From Macrostomum lignano (Eukaryota), in assembly GCA_002269645.1 (NCBI GenBank), contig NIVC01002324.1, positions 108,816 through 172,815 on the forward strand: a stretch of DNA of 64,000 bases. The letters are read 5' to 3'. The translations under genes were made by a program, and so were the position numbers. The stretch's first letter is position 1, and each line of letters begins with the position of its first letter. Shown piece after piece: positions 40,971 to 51,315 of this stretch. Below the pieces are notes generated by a model, which did not search any database, was not told where the DNA came from, and was given only the letters and a program-made list of their open reading frames with translations.

Positions 40971-41695
40971 CCGCAGAGGGACAATGGCAGCGCCAGTCGT
41001 AATTGATGGTCAGTCGGCTCATAAAATGAAGGCACGGGCGTGCTTATGCAGGGGCTAAGAGACTGGAGCCAGTGAGAAGCAGAAGAAAGATGAAGGATCG
41101 GCCACAATCTGTCATACTGGGCAACAACCTTTCTTTTATAGTCAATTTTATGGCTTTCAGCATTAAAAAACCGGACCCCCTGCGCCAAACAACTGTTGCA
41201 GAAAGATACGGCATATGTTATATTCTGCATAACGATATCTAGCTGGCGCATAAATCATATTTCTGTACTCGCATTGTGGCCGCATTCCTATTGCAAAGTG
41301 GCAATCAATTTCAAACAGAATTCTCGCCTGTCAAGAGAGGGAGGGCCTGAGAGGGGGTGTAGGTAGCAGCGGGTGCACACAAAATGCGCTTGCTTACTGA
41401 CTGCCGACAAAAAGAAGAGAAAGACTGACCGACAAAAGAAATACTACGAATGGGAGATGGAGTGGAAGTATGGTGTGGTACATGATATAGATATTATATA
41501 CATACTCGATTTTCTTACTAATTAGAACGTATATTTGTCGCTAGTGCATTTGATGTGCTCAGCTAGCTAGAGAGATCAACATTTTCCTGTGCGGGATTTT
41601 CCTGGCAGAATTTGTCTATGGCAAAACACTTAAAGTTTTCCTAGAGCAAAATACTATAAAAAACCAGCAATACGTTCCTAACCAGCGGTCATCCC

Positions 41696-41898
41696 GTACA
41701 GCAATCTGACGTCGGCAACGTCGCGGCCGAGACGTTTCCGACGTCTATCGTCGACATCGATGACAGCTGGATATACTTTCATTACACCGCGACGTTTAGC
41801 CGACGCATGACGTCTTTATCCGTCGATGTAATGTAACGTCGATAGACGTCGGAAACGTCGGCCAGATGTCGCCGACGTCGGCTGGATTTGCTGCATAC
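41696..41898. mobile_element. ~200-bp palindromic MITE-like element built of GACGTC motifs
   Basis: Terminal CAGCAATC / GATTTGCTG; perfect inner 20-bp inverted repeat GACGTTTCCGACGTCTATCG. TSD not resolved. Confidence 0.6.
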
Positions 41899-43515
41899 AG
41901 CCAGCAAACTGCCTTTAGCTCATTTCCCAGGAAAACCAAGCGTAGCCACCGGCCGTACACCCCTAACAGATGCGCTTTACTGCTCTGAGAGCGAGCTGGT
42001 ACAAATGAGTATTATCGATTGAGGTGTAAAAAATACAAAAATTCGAAATACTTCTATATTTTTGTCCGTTTCGGATTAGGCATCCAGCTAGCTACCGGTA
42101 TAGCTATAAAATCCAGCTACATGTAGTTTGTGATGTCCGTCTGTTTTGGTCACTCTGGTCCGATCTGATCACTCTGCTTAACGCAAAAAATCACAATACA
42201 AAAATAAGGAGAGCCTCTGCTTTGTTTGAGCCAGCGTAAAAGTTCTACTGAGGCTAATCCGGCCACCGATCGTCTGGGTCTCATGTCTCATGCTTACGTA
42301 ATAAGTTATTACATTAAGCCTGAATATAAAAATTAATTTTCTGAATTTCTTTGTGAGTTTTGATTTTTTAATGTTTTTAACTTATAACATATTTTAATAT
42401 TCTGAAATTAGACACAAGCTAAGCAACTAATTTTTTGTTATTGCTCTAAAAAAGTAAAAAATCAAACATTTGCATTCCACGAAACGATAATAATTTAGCC
42501 TCGAACTCGAACTCATCATCGACGTTAAAATTCGAATACTGTCTGCGACATGAACCGCTCAAAATGCTCTCCATCTTGAGCAGTTTAAAATTTTCTTTAA
42601 GAAGTTTAATCTTTAAGAAGATTAAAATTTTCAAAAATATTTTATTTGGCATTCATTGGGAAGTTGGCAAAGATTTTGTCTATTGCATTTTATCTGCTTC
42701 TAAAAGGTAACAATTTAAAATTTTAATAAAGATGCACTAATTTTGTTTTTTTTCTTTGTAATTATATATATAAAACATTATATAATAATAATTATTTTTA
42801 AACTTTATCTGGGTCTAATTGAAATTAAATATCGAAATCACTAGTCTAGGCCTACTAGTAGTAGTACCATTACAAAATTGACAGTTTGATGCTTTGCATA
42901 AGGTAATATATTTGGCATATATTCATTTATACCAAAAAAAATTGGTTGTTTCTTTTCTAGGTTACATATAGACTGTTTCAATCTATTCTTTCTATAGCAA
43001 TAGAAGCAGGCTTTTGTATAATTAAAATTTTAAAATTTTAAACAGAATCAAAAGCACAATTGTAGAAATTAATTTTTTAAAAAATATCCTATAAAGAATT
43101 AATATTTGCTTTAAAGTTGTTTGTAATCTGATGCAACACATTTTACTGACATCTATAAAATAAAATTAAAAGGTACAACTGTGCTAATACTAATAGTATA
43201 CACAGGCATGTATTCATAAACATGTTCATACCGGGTGTACTTTCTAGATATGCCACACTCCAGATCATGTAGTATATGCTCAAAAATTTGGGCGTGCATT
43301 GGCCTTGCACGCCAAAATTAGGTGTGCATAGTTGGCATGCATCACTCCTAAGAAAATAATATGCATACACACCTGGCCTGCACTTTATAGAATCATGCGT
43401 AAGCCGTAAAAGTTATTATGAAGTAGAAAAAAGATGAAAAAAGTTCATTTTGAAGTGCTAATTTCAAGCTTTCTGGTTTTTTACAGCTTATAAAAGAGTA
43501 TTTAAACAAATCTTT

Positions 43516-43626
43516 GGCAATCTTCAAGTTTCGTTCGTTTAATTATTTCCGGAATTATTTTCGCCCTCTATTCAAGGGTGGTGGGGGTGGGTGTTGGAAT
43601 TAAACGAACGAAACTTGAAGAATGCC
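43516..43626. mobile_element. 111-bp Merlin-like MITE (copy 1)
   Basis: TIR GGCA(A/T)TCTTCAAGTTTCGTTCGTTTAATT. Perfect 8-bp TSD AAATCTTT. Empty site in unit 3 at 44467-44474. Superfamily inferred from the GG terminus and 8-bp TSD. Confidence 0.85.
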
Positions 43627-43994
43627 AAATCTTTGCATGTATAAACTTTCCTTTGTAAATAGTATCACCAAAAAGCTTTAAAGGCAACAAAATTATTTAA
43701 AAATAAGGGTCAATTACGCAATTTAAAAAAGGCCTTTCATTGTCACAATATAATATGCTCAAAAATTCGGGCGTGCATTGGCCTTGCACGCCAAAATTAG
43801 GTGTGCATAGTTGGCGTGCATCACTCCTAAGAAAATAATATGCATACACACCTGGCCTGCACTTTATAGAATCATGCGTAAGCCGTAAAAGTTATTATGA
43901 AGTAGAAAAAAGATGAAAAAAGTTCATTTTGAAGTGCTAATTTCAAGCTTTCTGGTTTTTTACAGCTTATAAAAGAGTATTTAAACAAATCTTT

Positions 43995-44106
43995 GGCAAT
44001 CTTCAAGTTTCGTTCGTTTAATTATTTCCGGAATTATTTTCGCCCTCTATTCAAGGGTGGTGGGGGGTGGGTGTTGGAATTAAACGAACGAAACTTGAAG
44101 AATGCC
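43995..44106. mobile_element. 112-bp Merlin-like MITE (copy 2, produced by tandem duplication of the host unit)
   Basis: Same TIR and TSD as copy 1. Confidence 0.85.
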
Positions 44107-45001
44107 AAATCTTTGCATGTATAAACTTTCCTTTGTAAATAGTATCACCAAAAAGCTTTAAAGGCAACAAAATTATTTAAAAATAAGGGTCAATTACGCA
44201 ATTTAAAAAAGGCCTTTCATTGTCACAATATAATATGCTCAAAAATTCGGGCGTGCATTGGCCTTGCACGCCAAAATTAGGTGTGCATAGTTGGCGTGCA
44301 TCACTCCTAAGAAAATAATATGCATACACACCTGGCCTGCACTTTATAGAATCATGCGTAAGCCATAAGAGTTATAATGAAGTAGAAAAAAGATGAAAAA
44401 AGTTCATTTTGAAGTGCTAATTTCAAGCTTTCTGGTTTTTTACAGCTCATAAAAGAGTATTTAAACAAATCTTTGCATGTATAAACTTTCCTTTGTAAAT
44501 AGTATCACCAAAAAGCTTTAAAGGCAACAAAATTATTTAATAATAAGGGTCAATTACGCAATTTAAAAAAGGCCTTTCATTGTCACAATATAAAAAGGTC
44601 ATTTATTGTCGCTACACCAGCATATTTTTGAGAATGGGTATGCACTAATTTTTTTTGGCATGCATTTGTAATTATTCAATTTTTGTTCAGGCGTGCACCC
44701 AGCATGATCTGGACTATGGTAGATATGCACATCTCTGTGCCTTGGGGTTGGCCCTCATGGGTGTGAATTGCATAACCCCCAAGCCAATTTTTGTGTAATG
44801 GCCCAATGAAATGTGGCCATATATGGAATCAGACCTAAAAGTTCATGTTGCAAAAGTCAGATGCATTTAACACTAAGCTGCTCTCCCCCCAACTAACAGA
44901 CCAACTAGTTGATTGTTAAATTTCAACAATCATATAAATTCATATTTCTTGCTTCTATGATATTGTTTTTCTGTCACTTTCAGCCAGTTAATTGATTGGC
45001 A

Positions 45002-48000
45002 ATGGCGGCTAGTTCAGCAGGACAGAGTGTACAAGAGAGCTCTTCTGGCACACTCAAGTCCTCAATAGCTCGGTTAGCCAGACTGTTTCTAGGCAGAAAG
45101 TCTGGCTCTTCTCGGCAGAAGAAAGCCAAGCAAAAGCCGGGTGAAAAATTAACAGCAGAGTCTGGTGTTGGTTGCTATGGAAGCTTGGCTAGGCAGCCTG
45201 GCCTGTGTCATGATGAAGGAGCCAGCGGCTGCCAAGTTCGGGCTCAAGCACGCAGCTGGCGCAGTCAGGAGAGTCTGGCATCCGGGGATGGGTGCAGTGA
45301 TGCTGAATCGACCAACAATTACTATTGCGGCAATGCTCTGATGTCGCGTTCGGTGCATGCCGACTTGGCTATTGCTGCTGGAGATGAGGTCAATTTTGAT
45401 TTTGAATTTATTTCAATGAGTTGCCACTGAATGATTTGTGGAGGGGGTCTTTGCACACTTTATAGGATGCTGCCGTCTGAACTGAATAATCCAGGGAGAT
45501 ACCCACTGAGTAATCCAAATAGATACCCACTGAAGAATCAGGTTAGATACCTGCTAAAGAATCAGGGCATGGGAAATACCTGCTAAAGAATCAGGGTATG
45601 GGAAACACCCGCTGAAGAATCAGGGCATGGAAAATACCCGCTGAAGAATCTGGGTAGGGGAAATACACGCTGAAGAATCAGGGTGGATACCCGCTGAAGA
45701 ATGAGGGCATGGGAAATACTCGCTGAGGAATCAGGGTAGGGGAAATTCTCGCTGAAGAATGAGGGCATGGGAAATACTCGCTGAGGAATCAGGGTAGGGG
45801 AAATTCTCGCTGAAGAATGAGGGCATGGGAAATACTCGCTGAGGAATCAGGGTAGGGGAAATTCCCGCTGAAGAATCAGGGCATGGGAAATACCCGCTGA
45901 AGAATCAGGGTGGATACCCGCTGAAGAATCAGGGCATGGGAAATACTCGCTGAAGAATCAGGGTGCATACCACAGATAATAAAAACACGTTTTTAGTATC
46001 TATGGTGGATACCCGCTGGAGAATCAGGGCATGGGAAATACCCGCTGAAGAATCAGGGTGGATACCACAGATAATAAAAACACATGTTTTTAGTATCTAT
46101 GGTGGATACCCGCTGGAGAATCAGGGCATGGGAAATACCCGCTGAAGAATCAGGGTGGATACCCGCTGAAGAATCAGGGCATGGGAAATACCCGCTGAAG
46201 AATCTGGGTAGGGGAAATACCCGCTGAAGAATCAGGGCATGGGAAATACCCGCTGAAGAATCAGGGCATGGGAAATACCCGCTGAAGAATCAGGGTGGAT
46301 ACCTGCTGAAGAATCAGGGCATGGGAAATACCCGCTGAAGAATCAGGGTGGATACCACAGATAATAAAAACACATGTTTTTAGTATCTATGGTGGATACC
46401 CGCTGGAGAATCAGGGCATGGGAAATACCCGCTGAAGAATCAGGGTGGATACCCGCTGAAGAATCAGGGCATGGGAAATACCCGCTGAAGAATCTGGGTA
46501 GGGGAAATACCCGCTGAAGAATCAGGGCATGGGAAATACCCGCTGAAGAATCAGGGCATGGGAAATACCCGCTGAAGAATCAGGGTGGATACCTGCTGAA
46601 GAATCAGGGCATGGGAAATACCCGCTGAAGAATCAGGGTGGATACCACAGATAATAAAAACACATGTTTTTAGTATCTATGGTGGATACCCGCTGGAGAA
46701 TCAGGGCATGGGAAATACCCGCTGAAGAATCAGGGCATGGGAAATACTCGCTGAAGAATCAGGGTGGATACCCGCTGAAGAATCAGGGCATGGGAAATAC
46801 CAGCTGAAGAATCGGGGCATGGGAAATACCCGCTGAAGAATCAGGGCATGGGAAACACCCGCTGATTTGCAAGCTCCGTCCCCACCGCAGCCCGCACTGC
46901 CGGACGTCTCCCACTCTGTCGACTGGTTGGCATCGCCTGCGACCTCCGCGAGGCCTGCGGCTCCGCTGTGTCGCCCCGGTCGCATCGTCGTGATGGATGC
47001 CTCCGCCGCCGCGGACGTCGCCGAACAAGCGCGGCCGCCTCCCGGACGGTCGAAAATTCAACTGGCCGTGGCGGTCAGAGCCAAGGAGCTCGAACTGGAG
47101 CAGCTGCGTCGGACGATGGAACAGAACGAAGCGGCGTTGCAGCTGGTGTTCGAGGAGCGCCGGGCCGAACTGAAGGCCAGGGTGAGTCGCCTCTTGTCTA
47201 CTCTTGATTGAGGCTTCTGTTTTATGGTTGAAATTTTCCTGTCAGACCTTGGCATGCCTTTGCTCCTGTTTCTTTAGTTGTAATATGGGTCTGTCCGTCT
47301 ATGTTTTCTTTCCATTTTTTACCTTCCTTTCTTTACCCGCTTTACCCTCTTTTTGACCCGCTTTTTCACATATTAATCCACTAATCTCGCTTTCCTTCCT
47401 ATATATTAACCTGTTTTTACTCTGCTTATTCGCTTTACCCTATTTTTAACCCGCTTTACCCTCTATTGGCCCGCTCTACCCTAACTTAACCCTTCCTACC
47501 CTCTGGTAACCCGCTTTGCCCTCCTTTAACCCGCTTTACCCTCCTTTAACTCGCTTTGATCTCTTTTACCCGCTTTGCCCTCTGTTAACCTGCTTTACCT
47601 TTTTAACCTGCTTTACCCTCCTTTAACTGGCTTTGCCCTCTTTTAACCCGCTTTACCCTCTGTTAACCCGGTTTACCCTCTGTTAACCCGTCTTACCCTC
47701 CGCCCTCAATTCCTCCAGCTGGAATTCGAGCGGGCCATCGGCGCCGAATTGGCGCCAGCCGTTTCCCAAGCGAACCGGCGCGCTCGCCAATCTGACCAGG
47801 CCGCTACGGAGCTGCGCGCCGTCTCCGAGCAGCGCCAATCAGAGGCGCGCGCTCTCCGGTCGCGCCTGGGTGAGATCGAGCTGGAGACGCGCGAGAAAGC
47901 CGAACTGGAGCGCCGGCTTCAGCTGCAGCTGGCGGAGCTCGCCGAGTCGCTGGAATCGGCAACGCAGCGGCTGAGGCAGCGGCCGGGCTCGCCCAGGGAC

Positions 48001-49279
48001 GCCGACGCTGTTGCAAGCCGCGCCTGTCAGACCGGCTGCGAATCCGCAGCCGACTGCGAGCCCCAGTTGGCGGCTGACGAACAGCTGGAAGCCGAGATTG
48101 CCGCAGCAAAATTGGCTTTGGAGGAGCAGGTAGGACTGGGCTTAAGCTGGATAGGGATTCCCCGTTGCATAATATGGATGAGAATTTCCCGTTTCAGAAT
48201 CTGGATAGATTCCCCGTTTCAGAATCTGGATGGATTCCCCATTTCAGAATCTGGATAGGGATTCCCCATTTCAGAATCTGGATAGATTCCCCGTTTCAGA
48301 ATCTGGATGGATTCCCCATTTCAGAATCTGGATAGGGAATCCCCATTTCAGAATCTGGATAGAGATTCCCCGTTTCAGAATCTGTATGGATTCCCCATTT
48401 CAGAATCTGGATAGGGATTCCCCATTTCAGAATCTGGATAGATTCCCCGTTTCAGAATCTGGATGGATTCCCCATTTCAGAATCTGGATAGGGAATCCCC
48501 ATTTCAGAATCTGGATAGAGATTCCCCGTTTCAGAATCTGTATGGATTCCCCATTTCAGAATCTGGATAGGGATTCCCCATTTCAGAATCTGGATAGGGA
48601 TTCCCCATTTCAGAATCTGGATAGAGATTCCCCATTTCAGAATCTTGACAGGGATTCCCCGTTTCAGAATCTTTATAAGGATTCCCCATTTCAGAGTTTT
48701 GATAGGGGTTCCGGGTTTCAGAATCTGGATAAGGATTCCCCATTTCAGAATCTTGACAGGGATTCCCCGTTTCAGAATCTTTATAAGGATTCCCCATTTC
48801 AGAGTTTTGACAGGGATTCCCCATTTCAGAATCTGGATAGAGATTCCCCATTTCAGAATCACGATAGGGACTCCCTGTTTCAGAATCTTGACAGGGATTT
48901 CCCGTTTCAATATCGTAATAGGGATTCCCCAGACAATTTAGTATGTTTATGGATATTTCTCTGACTCATAAAAGTGGCAATTCTGATTATTCTGTCTTAC
49001 TCGAAACCCTTAGCAACTAGTTTGCATCCTCAATCGCTGTCCTTTTAACATTCTCAGAGCCGCGGCTTCAGCGCGGAGCGAGACCGCTGGCTCTACGAGA
49101 AGCGGCAGGTGCTGGCCTACCAGAAGCAGTTGCAGCTCAACCTGGTTCAACTGCGCTCCAAAACCACCCGCCTAGCAACCGATGTTGAGCAGCTGAACTC
49201 CGAGCTGGCTGAGAAGGAGACGCTGCTGATGCGACTGCGGGGCCAGGCGGTTCTGTCAGGAGGGGTGTCCGAGCGCTGA
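45002..49279 (+). CDS. LZTS: LZTS/ProSAPiP1 (Fez1-domain) coiled-coil protein, ~436 aa
   Basis: Inferred exons 45002-45388, 46891-47181, 47719-48129 and 49058-49279, all phase 0 with GT-AG boundaries. C-terminal F.AERDRWLYEKRQVLAYQKQLQLN matches the Fez1 signature; KELELEQLRRTMEQNE coiled coil. The exon 1 assignment is less certain. Confidence 0.8.
45490..46865. repeat. Compound 29/24-bp minisatellite with a 290-bp higher-order repeat (LZTS intron 1)
   Basis: Units CGCTGAAGAATCAGGGCATGGGAAATACC and CGCTGAAGAATCAGGGTGGATACC; marker inserts at 46066, 46356 and 46646. Confidence 0.92.
46066..46101. mobile_element. 36-bp hairpin micro-element with 8-bp TSD (further copies at 45971-46004, 46356-46391, 46646-46681)
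   Basis: CACAGATAATAAAAAC-ACAT-GTTTTTAGTATCTATG, flanked on both sides by GTGGATAC; other units of the array carry a single GTGGATAC. Confidence 0.8.
47325..47700. repeat. ~19-20-bp pyrimidine-rich minisatellite (LZTS intron 2)
   Basis: CCGCTTTACCCTC(T/C)TTAAC variants. Confidence 0.85.
48150..48930. repeat. 27-bp minisatellite (LZTS intron 3)
   Basis: CCCCATTTCAGAATCTGGATAGGGATT; source of the periodic FQNLDRDSP ORF. Confidence 0.92.
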
Positions 49280-49284
49280 CCCAA

Positions 49285-49835
49285 GGATCCTGACACCTCA
49301 AATCCCACATCCTGACACCTCAAATCCCGCATCCTGACACATCAAATCCCGCATCCTGACACATCAAATCCCGCATCCTGACACATCAAATCCCGCATCC
49401 TGACACCTCAAATCCCGCATCCTGACACATCAAATCCCGCATCCTGACACCTCAAATCTCACATCCTGACACCTCAAATCCCACATCCTGACACTCCAAA
49501 TCCCGCATCCTGACACATCAAATCCCGCATCCTGACACCTCAAATCTCACATCCTGACACCTCAAATCCCACACCCTGACACCTCAAATCCCACATCCTG
49601 ACACATCAAATCCCGCATCCTGACACCTCAAATCTCACATCCTGACACCTCAAATCCCACATCCTGACACCTCAAATCCCGCAACCTGACACTCCAAATC
49701 CCGTATCCTGACACCTCAAATCCCGCATCCTGACACCTCAAATCCCACATCCTGACACCTCAAATCCCGCATCCTGTCACCTCAAATCCCGCATTTTGAC
49801 ACCTCAAGTCCCTTATCCTTACACCCCAAATCTCG
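49285..49835. repeat. 22-bp minisatellite starting just after the LZTS stop codon
   Basis: ATCCTGACACCTCAAATCCCGC. Confidence 0.92.
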
Positions 49836-51315
49836 CATCTAAATATAAAACTTTTTACGGTTGTGAAGCCCAACTAAATGATTCACCATCCATAATCTCA
49901 TCTCATGATTCCGTCAAATTGGCATCTCAGCTTAACCAGATATAAATAATTTATTTAGAATGTGTAATTCTTATATTTATTTTTTATAGATTTGGGTCCA
50001 ATTTTTTGCTTACAACTCGGTCCACCTCAGAGTATAGTCGAATTATTAAGCATCTTTTTGATGAAGTCGCATTGTGCAACTCATCCGCAATTATTGGTAT
50101 AGTTGCGCTGTAACTGATAAGCAAATTACAGTTATAATATTCGCGTATTGTACTTCTAGTTGCAGCCGTTAGTAGTCATGTATAGTATGAAAATTCGTTT
50201 TTTCAAAAATCAGCAAATACAAATTTTGACTGTGCAATCCTTGGAATAATGCACTGTGTGGGCGTGTGGCTTACAGGTCTTCACTGAGATCATTCCCCCT
50301 AATGTTTGTGTTTGTTGGCATGATAAACTTCAGTTAGTTAAGCTTGCTGTTCCAGCCACTGTATTTATTCGTTCAATTCCACCGACTTCCTTTGCCAAGG
50401 ATGCTCAATAAAGTCTTAGTGTCTACTTGATTTACTATTTACATAAGACTTTGTGTTATTAATTTATTGTATGTTTTACACGTCTCTAGGATCTACCCAA
50501 TTCACACGGGCTATTTATTTTCCTGGTTGCCGTGTGTAATACCTTAATTATAATTTTTCCAGTTCCAGTTTTCCGAAAATACATGTAGAAACTCTGTCAG
50601 GTTATTGATATTTTGTTGTTTCAAAAAAGTATTTATCGCTTAATTTTTTTCCTGATACAATGTCGCTTCGCTTTATCTAAATAAAAATACATAACCCGTT
50701 GTTTACCGCTGTAAATGCTTGTATTGTTGAGTTTTTGAAATGAATTTTGGTATTGAAATTTAAATCATAATTTTTTATTTGCATTAAATAATTATTTTCT
50801 CACAGGAAATCTAATCGAGGGGATTTGTTTGCGAAAATTTCGAAAATGCTCTATTGTCTTTTGGACAATCGGATTTGGGTATTTAGTTTGGGAGCGCCGA
50901 AAATAGCGCCGTGACGCCTGTCTAAGCTGAGTGACTAAAGCATTGCAAGTGAGCAAGGAAGTTGGTCCTAATCGCAATTCGCTAAGAGCTTGACAATCGA
51001 GTCAAATACAACAAATTGTGTTGTAGACACAAGTAGTATTTGATTGCTTGATAGTAATCAAAATGGAGTAAAACTATCAAAAGGCTTATGCTATTTGCCT
51101 ATTTTGTATAGAATAAAACATATAGTTATAGTTGAAACAATGAAGACAATCACGTGAACTATTTAAAAAAACAGTTTTCCGCGAATCTTATAAACTTTTG
51201 AGCACCACCACGGAAATTTTACTAGTTAATTATTTACGTTTCTAGTTTTCACTGCACTCTTTTCTAATAATAAAATTAACTTCTGGTTAAGGAAACAGTA
51301 TTAAGTTTTGCAGAA

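Larger units (their letters stand above)
43253..44719 (+). mobile_element. 1.47-kb non-autonomous DNA element (CCAYA-terminus family) with an internal ~480-bp triplication
   Basis: 17-bp TIR CCACACTCCAGATCATG / CCATAGTCCAGATCATG. Perfect 8-bp TSD TAGATATG (43245-43252, 44720-44727). Units start at ~43274, 43753 and 44233. Confidence 0.9.

Noticed and set aside
45490-46865. Tandem hammerhead ribozymes (CTGAAGA…GAAA in each 29-bp unit)
   Set aside because: Stem II cannot form (A opposite G at the conserved closing pair), and there is no stem III or NUH site; the match is coincidental.
45490-46865. CRISPR-like repeat-spacer array
   Set aside because: Eukaryotic intron, the inserts are identical rather than unique spacers, and there are no cas genes.
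50926-50942. Antioxidant response element upstream of GPx
   Set aside because: TGACTAAAGC has four rather than three spacer bases, and the overlapping reverse site mismatches the TGAC core.
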